Shown in pieces: positions 29,801 through 41,394 of a DNA stretch of 64,000 nucleotides. Within the stretch, counting starts at the first letter, position 1, and every line of letters begins with the position of its first letter. A program made the translations under genes and the position numbers. The stretch is from Eledone cirrhosa (lineage: Eukaryota). The stretch lies in NCBI GenBank assembly GCA_964016885.1, contig OZ024743.1:118358001-118422000 (forward strand), written 5' to 3'. The notes below the pieces were generated by a model. The model did no database searches and was not told where the DNA came from. It saw only the letters and a program-made list of their open reading frames with translations.

Positions 29801-30110
29801 TCCGGCCCCTCTTCCGTTTGTTAGTCGTGCTGCAAGTGCTGCATGTGACGGCTTGGAGGCGTGGGGGATGGGGCGTGGGGCCGGGGACTGGGGCACCCAG
29901 TGGCATCAGGGGTGGGTGGCTGGCGTGTGTGTGGGGAAGGGAAAGTGCTGGTAAGAGGGCCTCGTAGCTTACCTATATATATGGAGGTGCCAGAAAACAA
30001 GGGGCGCTGGAGGTGAGTCACTGCTGCGGGGGTTGGCTTCCTCTTGTTAATGGTAGAGTTGTTGTTGTTAATGACACTGTTGTCGTCGTTGCCTTCCTCT
30101 TGTTAATGGT
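26880..30110 (-). mobile_element. CRE-like non-LTR retrotransposon (PHD-like finger + RT + restriction-like endonuclease), frameshifted
   Basis: Motifs: CSTC..CLGCSCFHHLTC..WSCRSC; FRRLAAK, QLGAGVSGGCE, KLDMSNAF, GVQERDPLGPLLF; CG..D..G.HPLSC, KRPNG..WDTT, K..KY, PLAVETSG, QRASLAVLRGNA. The region is a GC-rich island. Confidence 0.85.
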
Positions 30111-31710
30111 GAAGGTATAGAGCGAAATACAAAATCCACCAGCAGACTATTATATAAAAAAGTATATAGAAATAAAGTAAACATTTCTGTCTGGGATATA
30201 AATAGTTGTTTTACATTTTCGCAAACATCGTAACGATATTCTCAATGGAGGCGCTTACAATATTTGAATATAACTGAACCGTCGTGTCATTTAACTTGAA
30301 AAGTGGAGCAAAGTAAAAGGAGAATAGTGAATTTGGAGTGTCAATCCCTTGTGTTTTTTTGTTTTGTTTTTGTTTTTTTCCTATTCCGGACTTACAGTTT
30401 TCCAGGATTTATAGACTCATTTGTGTTTAATTTTCCTTCAAAAGGATGGAGGTGTTTTATCTCCTCATGAAACTGACATTACTTAATGATGTTCGTCATC
30501 TATGGCTTATTCATATGTATTATTTCATAAATTTCGCCGAGGTTAAATTTGCCTTTCATCCTTACAGGGTCGATAAAATAAAGTACCAGTAATGCACTGG
30601 GATAATTGCTGGTCTTGTGCCAAAAGTAGAAACAATTATTTCATAACTCTATAGAACGTTTACAATGTTTGTGCAGTGTTCTGTGTCGAGCCAGGTTTGT
30701 ACAACAGGTAAGAAAAATGATGATTTGGTTTCTTCTGATAGGAGCCTCTTCCACGTCGGAAGATCGAAGTGTGTTTTCTTGTCTTCTTCAATACTTTCAT
30801 AAACGACTTCGGAGATTTAAAATTTATGTTTCCATTGGTGCTTCCATTTCCACACGGTTCTATTCGGGAATTACCGGTAGATCTCATAAAACACTGTGAT
30901 CAAATTTGCTTGTTGTTTATGTTAAATGTGTGGTCAGTGAATATTTCAGTCGTTGAAAGGCATATGAAAAAATGATGTGTAGTATTCTACACATCATTTT
31001 ATATTTACAAAAAATGTATTTATATTTCATTTTAAATATTGTTTTCAATTCCAGATATAACATTTTAATATATCTTATTAGTAATATATATCTAAGAAAT
31101 CTTGATTATATAAATCGGAAATATCACAGAACGTTATTCATTGAGGTTTGGATAACAGATTAAAGTTTAAGCAAAGAATCGCTGCTTTCTCCCTTAGAGG
31201 GATCTTCTGATATATAAATTGTGTTGATTATTTTCTTTTGTTTGTATCCATGTCTATCTGTTCTCTCTTTTTATTATAGTTTAGATTCACGTTATAAATG
31301 TTTGCAGTTAATTCGCGTTGAAGCAATTGATCTATTTCAATGACGAAACAAACATTTGACGTTGTAACTTATTTAGCCCAATGTCAACACTATGATTTAA
31401 AATATTACTGTCATGCATATCCGGTATTTCTTTTCAGACATAGTGTATATGCAACTATATTATGTCCTTCAATTTGTTCAGGAAGATTTCGATGATATTT
31501 CTAGTAACTGGTTTGAACCTTTTCATCAATATATCGTCGCTTCGTGGTAGAGAGTGCGTTGAAAGAGGTGATAACAACTGTGGTGAAAGAGATCATGGCG
31601 CGTTTAAACTACTGAGTTCCGTCCAGGCAGATCTCATATATATATATATGTAAGTTATTCCGGGCTGACGCGGATGTAACCATATATTAAAACTATATAT
31701 ATATATATAT

Positions 31711-31940
31711 ATTCCAAGTGATGGCAACATGAATGGGCCTGTTATTTTTCTCTAAAAACTTTTTTTTTCCGAATCCACCATGCCCATCCCTTCAATCTTT
31801 CTAATTTCTCATTCATTCGTTTGATGAAAGGCTAGCGCCCGAAACATTAAGTCTATCTTCCTGCTATACCAAAAGTTAAACTAATATATTCCTTCCATGT
31901 ACTGTACCGTTTGTGTTGCTATTTCTGTTTACATTTTACA
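31711..31940 (+). mobile_element. Penelope-like 3' fragment with degenerate hammerhead (31821-31853)
   Basis: TTGATGA-AAGGC-TAGC-GCCC-GAAAC lies between microsatellite tracts. Confidence 0.45.
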
Positions 31941-31946
31941 CACACA

Positions 31947-31978
<32 letters not shown>

Positions 31979-32891
31979 CTAGCTGACGTACCCAGCTTCG
32001 CCCGGGTAAACATATTATAAGAGAAGACAGACAGAAGTGAAAATGACTATATTAGATGTGTGTCTGGTTTACAGTATGAGGCGAGACCGTGGTGTGTGTG
32101 TGTTACAAAAAAATAAACAGTAAAACAAATCTTCCAGATACAACAGATTTTTACGTGTTTCGACTCATAAACAATCTACACAAAACTGTCCATGGGTAAA
32201 AAGCGATTCTCTTGTATTCAATTCTACAACTTTGCAATTCTGAGCCTGAGCTTTATATACGGCCATAATAAAACTGGCTCTAACGGGGAACTGAAGTCTT
32301 GAGGATTTCAATGACACCTCGCCAGAGGAAGGGATAAGAGGAATCTTGGGAATAAATGCAATTTATCCTTGATGATTGCCTCCAAGAGTAGTGACCTCTA
32401 GGAGATGGTTCATCCTCCTTCTGGTTGTGTGTGCGATTACATAGAAGTAGCGGGTCCACGTTTCTCCAGAGGATGAGGGAATTTCAAATGTGTTATATTA
32501 TATGTAGATATAAATATGTAGATATAGATAATTGTAAATAAGTGAGTGTGTGTGCGTGTCCGTATGTGTGTGTGTGTGTGTGTGTCTGTGTGTGTGTGTG
32601 CGTGCGTGTGTGTGTGTGTGTATGTGCATGTGTGTGTGATTGTGGGTGCGTGGGTGCGTGTGTGTGTATGTGTGTGTGTGTAAACCAGCGTCCGATTCGT
32701 ATGTTTAATTCTCTGTGTATCTAATTAAGTGTTTATGTGAAGATGTGTGTGCATGTAACTTACTAAGGCGTAACGTACGTAACAAACGCGCAAACACGCA
32801 CACACTGTCAGACACATACACACTCATACAAAATGTGACGTCGTCGTCGCGGTGTTATAAAATATCCGTTTACTTAGTTGTCTATAGTAGA
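31979..32891 (-). mobile_element. Non-autonomous Helitron-like element (5' boundary uncertain: about 32529 or 32891); related end at 1347-1415
   Basis: The minus strand ends CCCGGGCGAAGCTGGG-N-CTAG|T (hairpin plus CTAG). ACAGTATGAGGCGAGA is shared with the 1379 copy. Confidence 0.55.
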
Positions 32892-32964
32892 TTATTTTAG
32901 ATAAAGTGTTATATTGTTTTAATCCAAATGAAACTAAAAATATAAGTTGTTCCACCCGCAGTCT

Positions 32965-33137
32965 AATAGAGGGTCGAACGCCATGCTTTGAAGCATAGAG
33001 TTATCTACCTTTATGATCTGAGTTCAAATCCCGCCGAGGTTAACTTTGCCTTTCATCCTTATGGGGTCGATAAAATAAAGTACCAGTAATGTACAGGGTA
33101 ATTGCTGGCCTTGTGCCAAAAGTAGAAACAATTATTA
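32965..33137 (+). mobile_element. tRNA-derived SINE, same family
   Basis: Same B-box, core and tail. Partial copies lie at 12688-12730, 21852-21945, 30532-30640, 36695-36788 and 62985-63040. Confidence 0.8.
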
Positions 33138-33426
33138 CCTTGTAGCTGATTTGATCGAGCCATTTGGGAATGCATAAGGAAAAGCCAGACAGACAGACAG
33201 AGAGACAAATTATATATATAGTTACATTTATATATATGTGTGTGTGTATATATATACATACATCAAACCTACATATACCTATATATATATACCTATATAT
33301 ATATACAAGAAAACATGTCCATAGAATCATTGATAAAATATATACATTATCTCCTATATATATATATATATATATATAGGAGATGATGTATATATTTTAT
33401 CAAATGATTCTATGGACATGTTTTCT

Positions 33427-33487
<61 letters not shown>

Positions 33488-33812
33488 CCTACACCCACAC
33501 GCACGGGCATGTCCCCTTAGAATATACAATGAATACTTCCCTTCTAACCCACTCTAATACTTAAGATACATTCTGACCAACATTTCTCCAAAATGACTGA
33601 CTGAATACACGAGTGTTGTTTCTCAAAACAATTTCTTTTCCGTTCTTTCCACTTCTAACTCTCTATCTTTCTATTTTATATTTTATTTCTCATTCTATCT
33701 TCAGCTAATGTTCTAGTGTATGAAACGTGAAGACTTTTTCCTACTATATCCACTATATTAAAGTAATATATATCTTCATTGTGACATTACTTTGATATTT
33801 CTGGTTACTTAT

Positions 33813-33885
<73 letters not shown>

Positions 33886-33892
33886 ATATATA

Positions 33893-34240
33893 CCCACTCG
33901 ATATTCAAATTGGGCTACTCAGCCGTTAATATGCATAAGGTAAGTATATACGTTCAACAATCTGACATAAAGGTATACGTTGCTGACGATAGCTAATAAG
34001 CTTGAAAATAGTACAGCGTTCCTTTGTCAGTATTGAATAAACGAGCAACGATGGTTGCTAGATACTACGGCTTAATACGGGATGTTTGTTTACAAACACA
34101 CCGAGCATTATAATAAATGTTCGGTGAATCCATACGTGCATATATATATGTGTGCATGTATGTATATAAAATGTATATAAATATACATACTACGGTACGT
34201 CTGTATAGATATATGTATGTACGTGTACATACTTATATAT
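33893..34240 (+). mobile_element. Dispersed copy of the 421-bp hammerhead family (HHR at 33978-34018)
   Basis: High similarity to 10933-11270; contains CTGACGATAGCTAATAAGCTTGAAAATAGTACAGCG; inserted in (TA)n. Confidence 0.8.
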
Positions 34241-34255
34241 ATATGGGTGTATATA

Positions 34256-34411
<156 letters not shown>

Positions 34412-34457
34412 TATAAATATAAATATTAGTAAAATAGATGTTCTTTTGATCAATTAC

Positions 34458-34510
34458 ATTTTATTATACATATTTCGGATGTACAACAGTACGTCCTCAT
34501 CAGACAAAAT
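34458..34510 (-). ncRNA. Type I hammerhead ribozyme related to the 3478 motif
   Basis: Minus strand reads AUUUUGU-CUGAUGA-GGACGUAC-UGUU-GUACAUCC-GAAA-UAUGUAUA^AUAAAAU. Confidence 0.85.
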
Positions 34511-34585
34511 ATAGTGCTTCCAATCTACTGTAAAACTCATTTTTTGACATACTGGTTGAATATTGTTTAACACTTTAATATATAT

Positions 34586-35020
<435 letters not shown>

Positions 35021-35585
35021 TATGTATATATATATATATGTATATATATATATGTATATATATATATGTGTATATATATATGTGTGTGTGTGTATGTATG
35101 TATGCACACACATATACAAATGAAAAATGATAGACATTTGAAAAAAGATCATGTTATGCTATATTTTTTACATCAAAAAGAATAATTTGTGTACTTTTGT
35201 ACTGACTTTTGAACTGTACCGCGAAATAAAAAAAAACTGTTATTATATTAAAGAAAGTCTAGTGCTAACCATTCAATATTTCTATACATCTAGGATTATA
35301 TTGTGCAATATGATTGTGTTTTTCAGGCTAAAGTTGTTGGCTTGAAAAATATTTGGTTGTTATTTCCACCATTTCAGGTGACTATATAAAAGATCCCTTT
35401 TTCCACTACTGATATTATTGTTATGTCGTTGCTTATGTTATACATCGACACGCATCACTTGTCTCTGCATTTTCCATATGTTTATTACTTCTTTGGCGTC
35501 TCAGTGTAAGGTTAACAGTGAAGTAAGTGCCAACATACTTAATATGGCGTAAACGATACAACTAATAAGACAGAATCAAGAAGTA

Positions 35586-35616
<31 letters not shown>

Positions 35617-35653
35617 TGTATGTATGTATGTATGTATGTATGTATGTATGTAT

Positions 35654-36258
35654 GTCAGGTCACCAGTTGGTGCTACTGGTAACATGTATCCCAGTACAAC
35701 CTGTCTCATGGTCGGGTCGTTGGCGACTAAACTGGAAACCCCACCAAGGTTTCTTGGTGAGGAGGGTGACTTTGGACATCCTGCAGGACAACAAAAAAAC
35801 CTGTCAAAGGCCAAAGGAGCTCTTAAGAGTCAATGGCCATCCAAAATCACCAGAAGAGATGACCCCTTAGCTTTTGTCAAGGCAGAATTCTAGGAGAAGG
35901 AAAACTCTGATATAACACCTGCAACCCTGATGGTATCCAATGATGTTGACTTGTTCTTCTTTTTGGTAAATATCATCTTGGTTAAGAGAGTGGGACTGGC
36001 TTTGTGCAGTGCCTTTGCTCACTATAAAAGCTTCACGGCACAGGCATTGCTTTATATCTGGAGATCTCTCTGCACTTGTCGTCATATGGTAACATGAGCC
36101 CAGCACTATGTGTCAATAATTGTCACAAGTGTAGTGTTTGTACCAGAGTTTTCAAGTCGCTGGCTGGACTAAAACGTCACACTCGTTCAGCGTATCGGTA
36201 GGGGTTCTCCTACATGGATATAAAGTAGTGGCCGTACTCGAAAACGAGTTGGCAGCAT
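35654..36258 (+). mobile_element. About 600-bp non-autonomous RTE-derived element in (ATGT)n
   Basis: Second copy of the 14652-15258 family. Confidence 0.75.
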
Positions 36259-36321
36259 GTATGTATGTATGTATGTATGTATGTATGTATGTATGTATGT
36301 ATGTATGTATGTATGTATGTA

Positions 36322-36672
36322 TGAGCGGAAGAACTCCTAAGGGTCAACGGCCATCCAAAGATGTGTAAATATGTATATACACATGTATATGTATGTGTAT
36401 GTATATGTGCGTGTACATAAAAATAGTCGGGCCGGATACCCGATCGCGCGGTTAAACCACTGGGAGTGAAGGACCCCTAGCTTTTGACAGGGCATTCTTC
36501 TAGGAGAAGGCAACTTAGGAAACAGGGATAACACCGACATAAAACCTGCGGCGCAGTAGTTACCGATGATGTTGATCTTTTCTTCTTTTCGGGTTATAGT
36601 TACTGTTGCTCAGAGAGTGGGATTGGCTCATCACTTTAAAAAAGAATCTTCACGCACAGGTATTGCATGATA
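36322..36672 (+). mobile_element. Related RTE-5'UTR-like repeat (second copy at about 38350-38622)
   Basis: Shares TTCTAGGAGAAGG...GATGATGTTGATCTTTTCTTC...GAGAGTGGGA...CACAGG with the 600-bp family and with 38350-38622. Confidence 0.6.
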
Positions 36673-37233
36673 TCATTAATTGATAATTATTAATAATTGT
36701 TTCTACTTTAGACACAAGGCCAGCAATTTTCCAGTGCATTACTGGTACTTTATTTTATCGACCCCGTAAGGATGAAAGGCAAAGTCAAAATAATGTTATA
36801 TCGTGCAATGGCCATACGCGATAACGGGTGGACAGCTATCATGTATGTATGTATTTATCAAAATACAACAATTTTTTTGATCACTGGACTCGGGAATATC
36901 ATGACAGAAGTTTGTGGAAGTTAGACAAATATTTTCGTATATTTTGCCAGAGCAATCCTTATTTATATTTTACATTTTACATTTACTTACATCTCAATAT
37001 AACATGGCTAAAAATCAAATTTTACAAAGAGAAGAAAACGGACAAATGAACTAGATACATCTCACTGACCCCCGTCACCACAATAACGTCTACACTCTCT
37101 CTCCGCCACCACATTTACATTTACACATGGCATTACCCTATCTAGACTAGAGTCACCGACCTGCTGTCAAACTCTCTACTCTGTGTTGAATGTGTATGTG
37201 TATACATATATATATATAGATGTATGTATGTGT

Positions 37234-37272
<39 letters not shown>

Positions 37273-37575
37273 GTATGTGAGTGTATATACTTCACTCAGT
37301 CAAACGACCAGATTTCAACCCCAACATCTACAACACCGGCACTAATGTTTACAGCAACAACAGCTTGAGAATGAAATGAAATGAACATTTACAACAACAG
37401 CGGCATCAAACGATAAAAAAAACAAAAAAAACACAAAATAACAAAACACACACACACACACACAACACAACAACATCATCAACTGTCACCACCACCACCA
37501 GTACCATCCACCAACACCACCATCTACCGCCGCCATCACCTTCACCAGCGATAGGCCTTAAGAAAACAACAACTT

Positions 37576-38092
37576 TAATAATTGTTTCTACTTTTTGGCA
37601 TAAGGCCAGCAAGTAACTAGTACATTACTGGTACTTTATATTATCGACCCCGTAAGGATGAAAGGCAAAGTTAACCTCGGCGAGATTTGAACTCAGACTG
37701 CCAATTCATCAGGTTTCTTATATAGGCACAAGGCCAGCAATTTTTTTGGGGGGAGGGGAAAGTCGATTAAATCGAAACCAGTGCGTGACTGGTACTTTAT
37801 TTTATCGCCCCCGTAAAGATGAAAGGCAAAGTTAATCTCGGGGGGATTTGAACTCAGATCATAAAGGGCCGTAACTCTATGCTGCAAAGTATGGCGTCCG
37901 ACCCTCTACCGATACTGCCAATCCACCAACTTTAATAATAACAATTTTTCTGCTTTTGGCACGGAGCCAGCGATCGTTCTAGCGTATTACTAGTGCTCTC
38001 TTTTGCTGACTCCGTGGGGATGAAAGGCAAGGTTGACCTTGGCGGGATTTGAGCTCGGAGCGTGGAGGGCCATAGCTCTATGATGTAAAGCA
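37576..38092 (-). mobile_element. Three adjacent SINE copies, same family
   Basis: GATGAAAGGCAA.GTT.ACCT..GCG.GATTTGA.CTC is repeated at about 37660, 37820 and 38020. Confidence 0.8.
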
Positions 38093-38635
38093 ATTATAAT
38101 AATACTGAACGGTAACATGAACGGCTTCAACTATACGAACTCTTTTGAAAGTCAACCGCTGACATAATCTTGTAATCTTGTATCAGTAATGACGGTAATA
38201 TATAAATATATATATATATGTGTAGTTGAGTACCGTGTGTTTGTTTGTATGTATGAGTGTTGGTGTGTGCGTGCGTATGTGTGTGTGTGCGCGCGTGTGT
38301 AGGTCGTACGTATAAGTGTCAATAAGTGAGTTTTTTTTTATGCGCGGGGACATAGAAATAGTCGGGCTGGATACCCGATCGCGCAGTTAAACCACTGGGA
38401 GTGAAAAATCCCTAGCCCATGTCAGGGCATTCTTCTAGGAGAAGGCATCTCAGGAAAATGGATTAACTCCGATATAAAACCCGCGGCTCAGTAGTTACCG
38501 ATGATGTTGATCTTTTCTTCTTTTCGGGTTACAGCGACTGTCGCTTAGAGAGTGGAATTGGCTCAGTGCACAGTCTTTCCTCACTTTAAAAATATTTTTC
38601 ACGCACAGGCATTGCACGATTGCATTAATTAATAA

Positions 38636-38790
38636 TTATTACATCCTCTGTTTTTTTGGGTTTTTTTACACGCAGACATGCCTTTTTGTACCGTCCTGTA
38701 TTGTCCTGTACTGTCCTTAATGTCTACTTTATGTAAACCCTTGTGGTTAATAAAGAAAACATTATTATTATTATTATTATTGTTGTTATT
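38636..38790 (+). mobile_element. 3' UTR fragment of the Tx1-like LINE
   Basis: Matches 44957-45085, including AAACCCTTGTGGTTAATAAAGAAA followed by (TAT)n. Confidence 0.8.
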
Positions 38791-39020
38791 ACTCTTTGAG
38801 TCTCAGTCATTGATGTTAGTTAACTGGAAAGTTTGTTGAAATGAATATCAAGCCACTACCTACAGCCTCAGATATTCAGGACGTATCGGAGGGTTCTTGT
38901 TGTTCCCAGCAAGCATGCCTTTTGAAGCGTTCCAAAAAGCGTGAAGGAGCCAATTTTCTTTAACCATCCCTGGAAACTTTTTGAGATAGTCCCTAGTGCG
39001 CCTATGGCAATCGGGATCAC
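38791..39020 (-). mobile_element. R4/Dong-like non-LTR element 3' tail in (TAA)n
   Basis: 39020 down to 38868 translates VIPIAIGALGTISKSFQGWLKKIG...LQKACLLGTTRTLRYVLNI*. This frame is not in the ORF track. Confidence 0.75.
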
Positions 39021-39057
<37 letters not shown>

Positions 39058-39271
39058 GAATGCCATGGTTGACGGAGGCTCGGCTCTGTAAGGTATAGTA
39101 ATTTTTAACCGTTAAAACAATTGTAAATTGTTTAAAACTTGAACCAAATTGTTGATAAAGACACCCTCCTCCTCGTGAGAGGGGTCTTTCTGTCCGTTAT
39201 TTGGCCCTTCGGGGTTAAATAACCAGTTATTGGGGTTTTGTACCCAATATTCATTTTAAACAAAAAACAAC

Positions 39272-41300
39272 ATGGCTACGAAAAAGAAATTTCATACGTC
39301 ACTCCCACTCATTCCGTCTTCTTCTTCCTCAAGCATCACTACAGCAGAGAGAAAATTGTCTCTCTCCCTCCCTTCTTTAAATGTGTCTCTCTCCCTCCCT
39401 TCTCTTTCGCAAGTGACGAAAGAAAAGAAAAGTCTCGTGCAAAGCGTGCAAGGTTTCTCCACGACGACGACGACAGCGACGAAACAGGTGTGCGGGAAAT
39501 ACGAAAACCCAGTTCATTCGTCTGACGTCAGGAATAATAGCAGTAGCAGCCGTAATAACAACAGCAACAGTGACAATGAAAACAACAGTAGCAGCCGCAA
39601 CAGCATCACCAGCAGCATAAACAACAACAGCATTAGCAGCAGCAACACCAACAACAACCACAGCAACAGCGGCGGAGGCAGTAGTCGTAGTACCTGCAGC
39701 AACAACAAAAGTACCAGCAGCTCTGACGACAACAACAACAGCAGCAGCAGAGAAAAACCAATCTCATTTGCAGGTATTGCGAAAAACTTGGAAACAATCC
39801 TCATAACAAATGAGGAATTAGAGGAAGCGAAGAAGATGGTGACAAAGAATGGACACCGAGCAATCTGCAAGGCAGCGGAAACATTTTTCGAAACCCAAGA
39901 GCACTGTACGGTCACGTACCGTACAGTAAGTACAAAATCCCATAGGGTGGAAAGAGCCACAGAGGCCCAAATACAAAAAGCCTTGGGGTCTGTGTGGCAG
40001 CGGAAAACGCACATCACCCGAGGCAAAAATATGCCACCGTAGACGTACTTTTTGCCACACCCCAGGAGGCAAAGGCCCAATCAGTAGTGACCCTAAGGAG
40101 CGAGGAAATGGTGTTGGTGCCCTCCTACTGCGGGCAAAAAATTGTGAGGGTCAAACTGACCCACGTCCCCTTCTTGGCTGGCCGCGTCTGTCCTCGTCGG
40201 AATCGAGGACAAAACAACTGTACTGCAAGTACAGAAAAAAGTAAGAGAAGATTGGGTAGGCACCTCCATTGAGATGCTAATCCAAACCAACCAGGAGTGC
40301 ATCGAAGCTATCCCGGATGTGATAGACTTCGATAACGGCACTCAACTGCCCATAAGTGTTGAGGGCAAACGCCCGAAATGCTTTCGCTGTGGATCGAAGA
40401 CTCACCTCAGGGCCTTCTGCAACGAGAAGACCCTGAGAAAGGAGAAAACCCCCCTCCTTCCGAATCCGGCTCCACGGCTACCAGCAACAGGACAAGCGGC
40501 AACCAGGAACGATAGGTCCGTGGCACCCATACCCACTCCACGGAAATCAAAAACAGCAGCAGCAGTGGAAATATTAACAACAACAACAGCAATACCAAAT
40601 GCAGCTGCAACAGAGACTCCAGTGCAAACATCACCAACAACAACAAGTGAAAGAGTGGAGCTGGTACCCCTCCCCGACCTCACAGAATCAGACATGGAGT
40701 GTGAGGTGGGAGAGGGATGGCAAAAGGTCGTAAGAAGGCACAAACGCAGAAGCAGCGCATCGTCGCCTTTGAAAAGGGAGGAAAGAAATGAGAAAAGGGT
40801 AAAGTCTACTGCAAAGAGACCCACAGCAGCAACACCACCAACACCATCACCACCCACACTAGCACCACCATCACCACCGGCGACAACCCCACCGCTAACA
40901 ACACCTTCAACACCACCACCACAAGCACCAACATCGCAAACACAACAACAAAACACACACACCCAGCAACAACGACAAGAAAATAGCAGAACCACACCCC
41001 ACCCCCAGAAAAACAAATGCACGGCAATAAATACACACAACAAGAAACTAATGACTTACATAATTGAACACACAGACATTTAACAACAGGACTACATAAT
41101 ACCAGCACCAATCAAAACGCCAACTAACATAAGACTGCTAAAAATAGCACAGAAACAATACACAAACATTAAAACCAAATTCCCCAACGCAGTTGGTGAT
41201 TTCAGGGACCTAGGAGGAACCATCAATCGAAGAGTATATTCAGACATTCTCTTAGAAGAGCCGACGACCAGCCGAAGGGACGATTCAACGGTCCCTTCAC
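39272..41300 (+). pseudogene. LINE ORF1 (gag-like, CCHC knuckle), frameshifted
   Basis: Consecutive ORF pieces 39272-40042, 39994-40272 and 40274-41083; zinc knuckle CFRCGSKTHLRAFC. Confidence 0.75.
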
Positions 41301-41394
41301 CAGACGATCAAGTGAAAAGGGATGTAAAAACCATCCCTCCTCTACCAAAAGTACGGTAAGTGGTCTTTCCCATCTTTTCCACTCTATTTTAAAC

